Positions 28,441 to 36,026 of a DNA stretch of 64,000 bases are shown here, piece after piece (within the stretch, counting starts at the first letter, position 1; the number at the start of each line of letters is the position of its first letter). The DNA is taken from IMG/VR virus record IMGVR_UViG_2816332591_000002, positions 1,375-65,374 of that record. One strand, given 5' to 3'. The translations under genes and the position numbers were made by a program. This DNA is from a virus. Its lineage: Duplodnaviria > Caudoviricetes. The notes under the pieces were generated by a model that made no database searches, had not been told where the DNA came from, and worked only from the letters and a program-made list of their open reading frames with translations.

Positions 28441-28740
28441 TCATACCTGCCCGAACGTCGCGACCATCGCGTCCGGCGAGGTCTCCAGCGGGTCAGTGCC
28501 CTTGTCGTGGCACCGGATGCAGCGCTCCCCGTGCTGTCCCTCGTGGGCCATGTACAGGTGCTCGCCGCAGAAGTAGCCGCCGCAGCCCCCCTCGTCGCCG
28601 CCGGGCGTCTCGCCGCAGAGGTATGCGAGCCCCCGGTCGATCTGCTCCTCGCAGCCGGGCTCCTCGCACACGGCCTCGACGCTGTAACCGGCCTGGATCT
28701 TCTCGCCGTCGCGGTAGATCTCGTAGTAGGCGTAGCCCAT
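28441..28740 (-). CDS. Cys-rich phage protein (GY.VEAVC..PGC...IDRGLAYLCG)
   Basis: Recurrent small phage Zn-binding pattern; GAGGAGG RBS. Confidence 0.7.
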   Translation of the reverse strand: MGYAYYEIYRDGEKIQAGYSVEAVCEEPGCEEQIDRGLAYLCGETPGGDEGGCGGYFCGEHLYMAHEGQHGERCIRCHDKGTDPLETSPDAMVATFGQV

Positions 28741-28749
28741 GATTCCTCC

Positions 28750-29223
28750 TCAGTGAAGGTCGATGTCGGTCCGCCCGAACCACTTGGTGCTCGCGTTGAC
28801 CGTCTGGTTGATGTTGTACGTGTCGCCGCCGCGGCGGCCGGTCTTGAGGAGCAGCACGATCAGGATGGCCCATCCGATGAGCCCCGCTCCGGCGGCGGTG
28901 GCGGCGTCCACGATCTGTGCGGCGCCCCAGCCGACTCCGGCGGCGAGTGCCCCGCCTCCGATGCCGCCGCCGAGCAGGCGCTGCGCGAGCGGATCGAGGA
29001 CGGGCTGCGGGCTCAGGTCCCGGGGCGGGGTGGGCTGGACGGGCGCCGGGGCCTGGGAGCGGCGCATGGGCACCAGCTGCCCGTAGGCGTCCGGCACCCA
29101 CACGACCGGGTCGTGCTCGCCGTACAGCTCGACGGGGCCGGACAGGGGTGCTTCGACGGGCCAGCCGGGCAGCTGCTGCCCGCCGTACTGGTGCTGCGGG
29201 TCGGGCAGCGGCTGCGGGGACAT
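28750..29223 (-). CDS. SpdD-like membrane protein
   Basis: Pro-rich N-terminus, Gly-rich 2-TM hairpin, positively charged C-terminal tail; architecture of Streptomyces spread proteins. Confidence 0.5.
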   Translation of the reverse strand: MSPQPLPDPQHQYGGQQLPGWPVEAPLSGPVELYGEHDPVVWVPDAYGQLVPMRRSQAPAPVQPTPPRDLSPQPVLDPLAQRLLGGGIGGGALAAGVGWGAAQIVDAATAAGAGLIGWAILIVLLLKTGRRGGDTYNINQTVNASTKWFGRTDIDLH

Positions 29224-29245
29224 GGCGGTGCGGCTCCTCTCGGGT

Positions 29246-29461
29246 TCAGTCGTTGAAGTACTCGTTGAGGCGGTCACTGGACTCGCGGGCCGCCTCGGCG
29301 ACCTCGCGACGCTCCTCCGCGGCGCGCTGATGTATCCCGGCAGCCGTCGTCTTACCGGAAGCGGCGAGCCGGTCAGCGATCTTTTGGGCACGGTTGGCCG
29401 ACTGCTCGTAGTCGGCAGCGATGCGCTGCCGGTCAGCCTTGGTGTAACGGCGCCAGGACAT
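29246..29461 (-). CDS. Micro-ORF, hypothetical
   Basis: 71 aa, GAGAGGAG RBS. Confidence 0.65.
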   Translation of the reverse strand: MSWRRYTKADRQRIAADYEQSANRAQKIADRLAASGKTTAAGIHQRAAEERREVAEAARESSDRLNEYFND

Positions 29462-29485
29462 CGGGGCTCCTCTCAGGTGGCGGGG

Positions 29486-29647
29486 TCAGTCGGTGGCGGG
29501 CATGCCGCGGCGGCGTTCCCACTCGCGGACGCAGCTCTGCGCGATCTGCTGGGTGACGGGGTCGGGGGCGCCTTCGTGCTGCTCAAGCGCGGTGACCAGC
29601 TCTTCGTCGGTGAAGTCCGGGACGGTCTTGTCCGGCCAGGTGGGCAT
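29486..29647 (-). CDS. Micro-ORF (MPTWPDKTVPDFTDEELV...)
   Basis: Manually translated 53 aa, TAGGAG RBS. Confidence 0.6.
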   Translation of the reverse strand: MPTWPDKTVPDFTDEELVTALEQHEGAPDPVTQQIAQSCVREWERRRGMPATD

Positions 29648-29671
29648 GGAGGCTCCTATCGTGTGGTGGAG

Positions 29672-29848
29672 TCAGGTGATCTGCACGTGGGTGATGGTGA
29701 GGCTGCTGTCATGCGTGATGGACGAGTCGCAGTTTCCGCACTGGAACCCGGTGGGGTAGCGGTCCATGAGGGCGTCGCAGCACTCGGGGATCTCGGCGAG
29801 GCCGAGCTCGTCGCCCTCGTCAAGGGACTCGATGTTGATCTGGCTCAC
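29672..29848 (-). CDS. Micro-ORF, Zn-ribbon-like (ECC...QCGNC)
   Basis: Manually translated 58 aa, GAGAGGAG RBS. Confidence 0.6.
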   Translation of the reverse strand: MSQINIESLDEGDELGLAEIPECCDALMDRYPTGFQCGNCDSSITHDSSLTITHVQIT

Positions 29849-29860
29849 GGTGGGCTCCTC

Positions 29861-29983
29861 TCAGGGGCGGTTGCCGTCGGTGTCGTCGGCGGGCTGCGGC
29901 ATGGTCATGGAGAAGGTGACGGTGAAGTCGCCGTCGTCCTCCATCTCGATCTCGCTGCCGGTCTCGGGGTTGATCTCGGGCAT
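29861..29983 (-). CDS. Acidic micro-ORF (MPEINPETGSEIE...)
   Basis: Manually translated 40 aa, AAGGGGA RBS. Confidence 0.5.
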   Translation of the reverse strand: MPEINPETGSEIEMEDDGDFTVTFSMTMPQPADDTDGNRP

Positions 29984-29993
29984 GGCGGTCCCC

Positions 29994-30107
29994 TTACTGC
30001 TCGTCGGTGTCGTCGGCCTCGTAGGCCCAGCGCATGGGGCGGGCGGCCATGAGGCGCGCGTGCTCTTCCTGCTCCTCGGGCGTGCCCTCGTAGTCGCTCT
30101 CGGACAT
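29994..30107 (-). CDS. Acidic micro-ORF (MSESDYEGTPEEQ...)
   Basis: Manually translated 37 aa, GAGAGGAG RBS. Confidence 0.55.
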   Translation of the reverse strand: MSESDYEGTPEEQEEHARLMAARPMRWAYEADDTDEQ

Positions 30108-30120
30108 GGCGGATCTCCTC

Positions 30121-30297
30121 TCAGGGGCGGTTGGTGTCGGCGCGGATCTCGTCGATGGTCCGGTCCACGGCCGGCTGGCCGTGCTCGGCGACGAGCCGGT
30201 AGTAGGGCTGGAGGAGGCGCTCCTTGTCCTCCTCGTAGGTGGCCGGGTTCGACAGAGCGTCGACGGCCCCGACGACTTCTCGCAGTTGGTCCTTCAC
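30121..30297 (-). CDS. Micro-ORF (VKDQLREVVGAVDA...)
   Basis: Manually translated 58 aa, GAGAGGAG RBS. Confidence 0.55.
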   Translation of the reverse strand: MKDQLREVVGAVDALSNPATYEEDKERLLQPYYRLVAEHGQPAVDRTIDEIRADTNRP

Positions 30298-30325
30298 GTC
30301 GGGTCTCCTCTCAGGCGTCGGGCGG

Positions 30326-30384
30326 GCTGCCCGGCATCCCCCTCACCGCCCGTGCGAGACGGACGGATCGGGGGCAGCCGGTCA
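30326..30384 (-). repeat. Intergenic hairpin repeat, copy 1
   Basis: CCGG..CCCCtcaCCGCCCGT-loop-ACGGACGGatcGGGG..CCGG beginning at the upstream stop codon. Confidence 0.75.
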
Positions 30385-30555
30385 GCCGCGGCGCAGCCAG
30401 GAGACGCGGCGTGCGGCGTCGGCCACGGCGTCGTTGGAGGCCACGAACTCCTCGCTGTTCGGGTCGGTGTCGGCGTTGTTGAAGCGGGCGTTGTGCTCGG
30501 CCTTCTTGGCCTTGTAGGTCTCGCGGGCCTGCTTGGCCTCGCTGCGCTTGGACAT
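30382..30555 (-). CDS. Micro-ORF (MSKRSEAKQARETYK...)
   Basis: Manually translated 57 aa, GAGAGGA RBS. Confidence 0.6.
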   Translation of the reverse strand: MSKRSEAKQARETYKAKKAEHNARFNNADTDPNSEEFVASNDAVADAARRVSWLRRG

Positions 30556-30584
30556 GGGGGTTCCTCTCGGTAGATAGGGCGGAG

Positions 30585-30644
30585 CGGGGCTGTCCCGGCT
30601 CCCCTCACCGCCCGTACAGGACGGGCGGATCGGGCAACCGGTCA
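30585..30644 (-). repeat. Intergenic hairpin repeat, copy 2
   Basis: CGGGGCTGTCCCGGCTCCCCtcaCCGCCCGT-acagg-ACGGGCGGatcGGGcAaCCGG. Confidence 0.75.
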
Positions 30645-30833
30645 GCGGGTGCGGGCTCGGGAGCTGATGACGCGCGCGCCGGGCTCGTCGGCCAGGGCGG
30701 CCTGCTCGGCGCCGGTCAGGATCTGGTCGCCGGACTCGTCGTCGGGCCCGACGCCGTCGCCGCGGTAGGTGACCCGTGAGCCGTCGGGGCGTTCGAGTTC
30801 GACCTCGGCTTCATAGCGCGTGGGTTTGGTCAT
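30642..30833 (-). CDS. Micro-ORF, hypothetical
   Basis: 63 aa, coupled to the upstream ORF. Confidence 0.6.
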   Translation of the reverse strand: MTKPTRYEAEVELERPDGSRVTYRGDGVGPDDESGDQILTGAEQAALADEPGARVISSRARTR

Positions 30834-30840
30834 ATTCGCC

Positions 30841-31032
30841 TCACTTGTTGAAGGTGTGACTGATGTTGGTGTGGACTTCGTCGCCGTTGATGACGGTGGT
30901 CCCGTCGCCGTGGATCTCGGTGCTGGTGACCCGACCGCCCGAGCCGATGTGCGTCGCGCCGGTGACGGTCCCGATCTGCGTCAGGTCGTCGGCGTCGACG
31001 CCGTTCGCTTTGTTGTTGATGTCCCTGGCCAT
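30841..31032 (-). CDS. Micro-ORF, Gly/Thr/Ile-rich beta-repeat-like
   Basis: 63 aa, AGGAGGAG RBS. Confidence 0.6.
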   Translation of the reverse strand: MARDINNKANGVDADDLTQIGTVTGATHIGSGGRVTSTEIHGDGTTVINGDEVHTNISHTFNK

Positions 31033-31081
31033 GTGCTCCTCCTGGTTGTCTGAGTTCTTGCGCCTGGGCTGCCCTGCTGTC

Positions 31082-31255
31082 TCACTTGCCGAAAGGCTTC
31101 AGGTCGCCGCGGCGCTCCAGTTCGTCCAAGCCCTCATTGACCCGCTGGTGATCCCGGTCATCGGACAGGCCCGCCTCGCGGGCGTCTGCCGCGTTGTGCG
31201 ACGAGTTCCAGACCTCGAACTTGACGTCCTCGTTGTCGTAGTCGCTGAAGTCCAT
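31082..31255 (-). CDS. Acidic micro-ORF (MDFSDYDNEDVKFEVW...)
   Basis: Manually translated 57 aa, AAGGAGGAG RBS. Confidence 0.6.
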   Translation of the reverse strand: MDFSDYDNEDVKFEVWNSSHNAADAREAGLSDDRDHQRVNEGLDELERRGDLKPFGK

Positions 31256-31274
31256 GGCTCCTCCTTGTCTGGGC

Positions 31275-31336
31275 CGGGGCTGTCCCGGCTCCCCTTGCCG
31301 CCCCGGCGTATGCCGGGGCGACGCGGGCAGCCGTCA
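31275..31336 (-). repeat. Intergenic hairpin repeat, copy 3
   Basis: Shares 21 identical nt with copy 2; the inner stem differs but still pairs (CGCCCCGGC-gtat-GCCGGGGCG). Confidence 0.7.
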
Positions 31337-31513
31337 CCACCAGCTGGACTTGGTCTTCGGTACGAGGTTGGGGTGGCCGGCCGCCTTGCAGGCGATGCAC
31401 TGCTGGCAGTCGCCCTGCGACGGCACGTAGCCGGACGACCAGATGTTGTGCAGGACGTGTGCGTGGTACCAGCACTGCGGGCACTCGCCCGGGGGTGTCT
31501 CTTTGGCGCTCAT
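31334..31513 (-). CDS. pRL2-8-like small Cys/His protein
   Basis: MSAKETPPGECPQCWYHAH...DCQQC...GH...WW matches, from recall, a Streptomyces plasmid family found downstream of traB. Confidence 0.65.
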   Translation of the reverse strand: MSAKETPPGECPQCWYHAHVLHNIWSSGYVPSQGDCQQCIACKAAGHPNLVPKTKSSWW

Positions 31514-31514
31514 C

Positions 31515-31715
31515 TCAGTCCACGTCCTCGCAGTCGATGTAGCGGAAGGCCGCGAAGGCGGTGGCGCGCGGGTTGTCGGTCTTGTCGCAGACCCTGCTGG
31601 CCTTGCGGACCTTCCCGGCGTTGACGTAGGCGGCGGCGCGGCGCGCAGCCTCGTCGTCGACAGGCGCGTTCAGATCCAGCGGCTCGGGGCTGGTGTTGCG
31701 GCGGAACAGGCCCAT
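31515..31715 (-). CDS. Hypothetical protein (MGLFRRNTSPE...)
   Basis: 66 aa, GAAGGAG RBS. Confidence 0.6.
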   Translation of the reverse strand: MGLFRRNTSPEPLDLNAPVDDEAARRAAAYVNAGKVRKASRVCDKTDNPRATAFAAFRYIDCEDVD

Positions 31716-31762
31716 GGCGCTCTCCTTCGGTTGCTGGGCATCGGGGCGGGGGGTGGGGCGGT

Positions 31763-32032
31763 TCACCACCAGCCGGTCTTCTTGGTGGCCCGGTCGACGG
31801 CCTTCTGCTTCTTCTGCTCGAACCGGGCGGCGCGCGCGGCCTCGTGGGCGGCGCGGCGGATGAGGGCCTTGTCCGTCTCGCGGTCGGCGGCCTTCTGCAG
31901 GATTCGTTCGACGCGTGCTTCAAGGTCGGCTGCGCTCTTGCCGCGGGCCTCGCGGCGGGCGATCCGGCCGGCCAGCGCGATGATGCGGGCGGCCTCGAGG
32001 TGGTTGACGTCGTCCCGGTCGGTGATCGGCAT
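31763..32032 (-). CDS. DUF6257-like basic helical protein
   Basis: EAARIIALAGRIARR...DLEARVERIL..A..RE pattern; first gene after the clt-like locus. Confidence 0.6.
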   Translation of the reverse strand: MPITDRDDVNHLEAARIIALAGRIARREARGKSAADLEARVERILQKAADRETDKALIRRAAHEAARAARFEQKKQKAVDRATKKTGWW

Positions 32033-32061
32033 TGGGGCTCCTTCGGTAGGTGGGCGGTTTG

Positions 32062-32232
32062 GTCAGTGAGTGAGGCGAGGTGTGTCGGCCGGGCCCGGAA
32101 ATTGGGCCTTGCAGGCCACCCGGAGGGCTGCCTCACTGCCTCACTGATTGCGTGTTCTTGCAGGTGGGAGCTGGTGGGGCTGTTCAGTGAGGCGGTCAGT
32201 GGAAAGTCACTGCCTCACTGACGGGTCACTGG
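32062..32232. repeat. clt-like locus: clustered 8-mer repeats (CCTCACTG / CAGTGAGG)
   Basis: CCTCACTG at 32131, 32139 and 32213; CAGTGAGG at 32185; variants at 32064, 32068, 32197, 32206 and 32225; directly downstream of traB. Confidence 0.75.
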
Positions 32233-34379
32233 GGGTCAGAGGCGTCTTGGCTGCGGTTCGCGAGAGCCCGCAGCACCCTCTCCCGCCGCACGTGGGGGTA
32301 GCCGTCGTAGGTGTTGGTGTCCTCCCCTGCGTCGACGAGGAGGCGGCGCAGGCGACTGCCGTCCCAGCCTCGGTAATGGGATTCGTCGAGATTCTTGAGA
32401 CGGTGGATGACGTCCGGGGTACGGACGCGCCTCTGGGCCCCCATGACGGTTAGGAGGTCGGTGAGTTCGTCGCGCTCCTTGGCGACCTCTGTCTTGTCGC
32501 GGGTCTCGACGGCTGCGCGGCGCGCTTTGGCCCGGTCGGCGATCATCACGGCATCGTCGCCGTCGATGAAGTGGGTGCGGACCGTGGTGGATGCGGCGCC
32601 CGTCGGCAGTTCGATGCCGCTGCCGGCGACGACGAGGGTGCCCTTGTCGAGGCCCTGGCGCAGCTTGTGCGGGGCCGCGCCGGCGGTCACGGGGGCGTCG
32701 CCGAGGGCCATCTTGGCCTGGGATTCGGTGCCGAGCACGAGGCTGGCGCGGATGTGGTTGCCCTCGCGGGAGCGCTTGGGCAGGTTCTGGTCGGTGGGGT
32801 CCTGGGTGCCTTCCCAGATGGTCACGTTCACGGCGCGGCCCTGGTCGTGAATACCTTTGACCGCCTTGAAGTACCGACTGGTGGCCTTCTGGCCGCCGTA
32901 GGGGGCGCCGTACTTGACGGTCCCGCTGTCCGTGACATAGGTCTCCCGGACGCCCGACCCGTAGGCGACCTGCGCCTCGTCCACGATGACGACCAGCGGC
33001 CGGAAAACGGTGCCCGCTGGGGCCTGGAGGCGGCGCTGCATCTCCTCGAACGCCCCCTCAACCATGTGCGTCACCTCCATGACGTGGTCGTCGGTGGGCC
33101 CTTCGATCAGCACGGTGGCCAGGCCGCGGAACATCCGCCAGTCGCCGACGCCCTTGAGGTCGGCGACGCGGAACTCGACGGTCGCGTCCAGCGCCAGCCA
33201 CAGGGCCAGGGCCCGCAGGCTTGCGGTCTTGCCTTCGTTGGACAGGCCGGTGACCAGCACGTGCTTCTGATAGAGGCTGACCAGGGCCGCGTCACCGCGC
33301 AGATCCTGGCCCCAGGGGGCTCGGCCGTTCTTGTAGTCGGCGGTCATGCTCGGGTCGGTGACCAGCGGGGATGCGGGCACGGGCTCGTCGAGGGCGCCGG
33401 AGTCGGCGATCCACAGCCGCACCGTGCGGGCGGCCGGGGCGACGCTGATGTACAGCTCGTGCTCGTGCCGGCCGAGGTTCTCGGCGAGCTTGCGCCGCTT
33501 GCCCATGATCTCTTCTGTGGACACCTCCAGCGGCAGGGTCACGTCGACCTCGACGCCGCATCCGGCCAGGGCGATCGGGCTGAGCATCGCCGCGCCCGCG
33601 TCCCCCATCTCCTTGATGGCCTTGCGCAGCGCGGAGATGCCCAGGTGGCTCAGGGCGAGGACCACCACGGACGGGGTGATCGGCTCGCCGTCGCTGCGCT
33701 GGCTGGCGGGCAGCGCCCACTGGGGGGCGGAGCGCTGGTTGCGGCCGGTGTTCCACAGGGCCAGCAGGCCGAGCGCCGGGGCGGCCATCATCAGCGGCCC
33801 CCACACGAACGTGCCGATGATGTAGGCCCAGTGGATGATGTCGATGACCAGGCCGATCGGCGCGACGATGTCCGACGGGTCGCCGGTGGCCAGGGCCACG
33901 GCCCCGCCGAGCCCCAGCAGGGCTCCGGTGCCGACACCCGCAGCGACCACTGTGCCCTTGGCCAGCCGCACCGGGGCGGTGAGCAGGTCCATGCGCCGCT
34001 GGTGGCGCGCGGCCCGGTATTTCTGGCCGCGCTCCTCCCACTCGGCGGCCTCCGCCAGCTTCCCGCCGGCCTCGTAGGCCCGCATCATGCGCTCGTAGCG
34101 GGCCGCGGTGCGCCCGTCCCAGGCCCGGCGGGCCGCGATGCGGGCCCCGCCGTACAGGTACATGCCGTGCCGGACCGCGAGACGGCCGACGGTGCGGGTC
34201 TGCTCGCTGGTGGCGATGATGCGTACCCGCCGCAGAGGGCGGGCCCGGCGTCGTGCGGGCGCCTTGCCCTCGGTGGCCGCCTGGGTGCGGGTGTCGGGCT
34301 TGACGAGGCTGAGCCGTACCGGCTCGGCGGTGGTGTCCGGGGTCCGCTCGTGGATGTCGTGCCCGGTGGTGGTGCTCAT
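32226..34379 (-). CDS. traB: TraB-type FtsK/SpoIIIE conjugative DNA translocase
   Basis: 717 aa; N-terminal TM hairpin, Walker A GLSNEGKT, DLKGVGDW, Walker B VVIVDEAQ, QGRAVNV, GTQDPT, C-terminal winged-helix-like domain. Confidence 0.88.
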   Translation of the reverse strand: MSTTTGHDIHERTPDTTAEPVRLSLVKPDTRTQAATEGKAPARRRARPLRRVRIIATSEQTRTVGRLAVRHGMYLYGGARIAARRAWDGRTAARYERMMRAYEAGGKLAEAAEWEERGQKYRAARHQRRMDLLTAPVRLAKGTVVAAGVGTGALLGLGGAVALATGDPSDIVAPIGLVIDIIHWAYIIGTFVWGPLMMAAPALGLLALWNTGRNQRSAPQWALPASQRSDGEPITPSVVVLALSHLGISALRKAIKEMGDAGAAMLSPIALAGCGVEVDVTLPLEVSTEEIMGKRRKLAENLGRHEHELYISVAPAARTVRLWIADSGALDEPVPASPLVTDPSMTADYKNGRAPWGQDLRGDAALVSLYQKHVLVTGLSNEGKTASLRALALWLALDATVEFRVADLKGVGDWRMFRGLATVLIEGPTDDHVMEVTHMVEGAFEEMQRRLQAPAGTVFRPLVVIVDEAQVAYGSGVRETYVTDSGTVKYGAPYGGQKATSRYFKAVKGIHDQGRAVNVTIWEGTQDPTDQNLPKRSREGNHIRASLVLGTESQAKMALGDAPVTAGAAPHKLRQGLDKGTLVVAGSGIELPTGAASTTVRTHFIDGDDAVMIADRAKARRAAVETRDKTEVAKERDELTDLLTVMGAQRRVRTPDVIHRLKNLDESHYRGWDGSRLRRLLVDAGEDTNTYDGYPHVRRERVLRALANRSQDASDPQ

Positions 34380-35365
34380 GCGTAGCCACCTCCGCCCTTG
34401 CCCACGCCGCCGTCGTCGGCGGGCTGCTTCTTCTTCGATTCGCGGGACAGAACGGTCCGTACATATGGCGGGTCGACCTTCAGCTGGTGTCGCTCGTGCA
34501 CCATGCGCACCACTTCGGCGGCGGTCGCATCCTCGCCGAGCCGTGATGCGGCCTCGACGATCGCCTGCGTCTTGGTGACCGGCGGCAGCTCGCCGACCTG
34601 CGGCGCATCATGATGCGCATCATGATGCGGGTCGGGTACGCGCTCCACGCGGACGTGCTCCCGGGGGGCGTCGAGCGCCAGCGCCACGTCGACCGCGTCC
34701 ACCACGACTCCGTGCTCGATCAGCAGGGAGGCGAGTTCGGCGTGCGAGAGATGCGGGTGTGATGCGGCGACGATGCGCACCGCCCGCGCCGGATCCATGG
34801 CAGCGAACTGCTCCCGCAGCACGTCGCGCGGACCGCGCGGCTTCTCGGCCTGCTCATCGTCCGGCCGCTCGGCGTTGCTGATGTGCGCCAGGGCCCGCTG
34901 GCGGACGCTGCCGCCCGCGGTCACAGGGGCCAGCAGCCACGCCCAGCCGCCGAACTGCGGGAGCCTGAACGGGCGCTCTCCCAGCGTCTTGCGTGCCTCT
35001 GCCCGGGGCCCGGCCCAGGACAGTTCGGAGACGGCCAGCAGGGCCAGGGTGGGGGTGGAGAACAGCAGGCAGGCCGGCAGGCCGCCGTCGATGAGCTGGG
35101 CGTGGAAGCGGTTGAGGTAGACCGAGACGCCGGCCATCGCCAGGGAGGCAAGGCGCGCGCCGATCGCGGAGCGTCCGGCCTTCGACGCCTCGGAGGCGAG
35201 ATAGAGGCAGGCGTAGGCGGTGCCGTCGAACACGGCGACCGCCGCGCCGCCGACCGGGCTCGGCGCCTGGTAGTGGCGGGCCACCGCGTACAGGGACCAT
35301 CCGGTGACACCGAGGGCGGCCAGGGACACGATCGCGAGGGCCACGCGCCAGGTGGTGCGGTTCAC
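34376..35365 (-). CDS. DUF2637 / SpdB-like membrane spread protein with C-terminal helical domain
   Basis: About 4 N-terminal TMs (WSLYAVA, VFDG, SVYLN..H), ATGA-coupled to traB. Confidence 0.7.
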   Translation of the reverse strand: MNRTTWRVALAIVSLAALGVTGWSLYAVARHYQAPSPVGGAAVAVFDGTAYACLYLASEASKAGRSAIGARLASLAMAGVSVYLNRFHAQLIDGGLPACLLFSTPTLALLAVSELSWAGPRAEARKTLGERPFRLPQFGGWAWLLAPVTAGGSVRQRALAHISNAERPDDEQAEKPRGPRDVLREQFAAMDPARAVRIVAASHPHLSHAELASLLIEHGVVVDAVDVALALDAPREHVRVERVPDPHHDAHHDAPQVGELPPVTKTQAIVEAASRLGEDATAAEVVRMVHERHQLKVDPPYVRTVLSRESKKKQPADDGGVGKGGGGYA

Positions 35366-35418
35366 GAGGCCCTCCCGGGAGTGAGTGCGGCGGTCACGGC
35401 TACTTCCTTTCGGGTTGT

Positions 35419-35562
35419 TCAGGTGAGGCGGTTGAGCCAGCGGCACGGGCGGCAGCCGGGGCCGTGGTCGCGCGTGCCGCGCAGGTGGATCAGGAGAGTG
35501 ATGCCGGTGATGACCACGGCGAGGCAGAACAGTGCACAGGCCGCGTCGAGTGCGGTCCGCAT
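35419..35562 (-). CDS. Small membrane protein (MRTALDAACALFCLAVV...)
   Basis: One TM followed by H...C..C; coupled to the upstream gene. Confidence 0.5.
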   Translation of the reverse strand: MRTALDAACALFCLAVVITGITLLIHLRGTRDHGPGCRPCRWLNRLT

Positions 35563-36026
35563 CACGCCCACCCCCCGATCGCCAGCCCAGCGGCGATGAC
35601 CGCGGGCAGGGCGGCGGCTTTGAGCAGCAGCCCGGCGGTGCGCAGGCGCCGCATCTTGGTGTCGGCAATCCGCGACAGGTTGATCAGCTCGGTGTACGGG
35701 TCCGCGGTGACGTGCAGCGCCGTGTACAGGTCGGCTCGGGTGCAGCGGGCGTAGTGGATGAAGTTGTCGGTTCCGCTGCCGTTCAGCCGGGGCAAGACCA
35801 CGTCGAGCAGCAGCCACGCCGCGGCGCCAGCGAGGAGTACGGCGAGGACCGTGGTGGCGGCAGTCGGCCAGCCGCTGCGGATCAACGCCCCGGCGTTCGA
35901 TGCGAGCGGACCGGCGATGATCGCCAGGGCGGCGAGGAGAATGCTCGCCTTCGTGTCCGTGCGGGCGATCTCGCTGCGGACGACCGCGAGTTCGGCCTCG
36001 ACGCGGCTGCCCGTGGCGGTGCTCAC
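35562..36026 (-). CDS. PycTM / DUF5706-like membrane protein
   Basis: EIARTDTKASILLA, VVLPRL, LSRIADTKMRRLR.A motifs with 3 TMs. Confidence 0.75.
   Translation of the reverse strand: MSTATGSRVEAELAVVRSEIARTDTKASILLAALAIIAGPLASNAGALIRSGWPTAATTVLAVLLAGAAAWLLLDVVLPRLNGSGTDNFIHYARCTRADLYTALHVTADPYTELINLSRIADTKMRRLRTAGLLLKAAALPAVIAAGLAIGGWA

Noticed and set aside
30326-31336. Hammerhead or other known ribozyme in the hairpin repeats
   Set aside because: The catalytic core (CUGANGA...GAAA) is absent on both strands
29460-31340. Repeat-spaced region considered as a CRISPR array
   Set aside because: Repeats are degenerate, the spacing is irregular and gene-sized with RBS-bearing ORFs between them, and no cas genes are present
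35562-36026. Complete Pycsar defence system
   Set aside because: No PycC cyclase in the window; the gene context is the transfer operon
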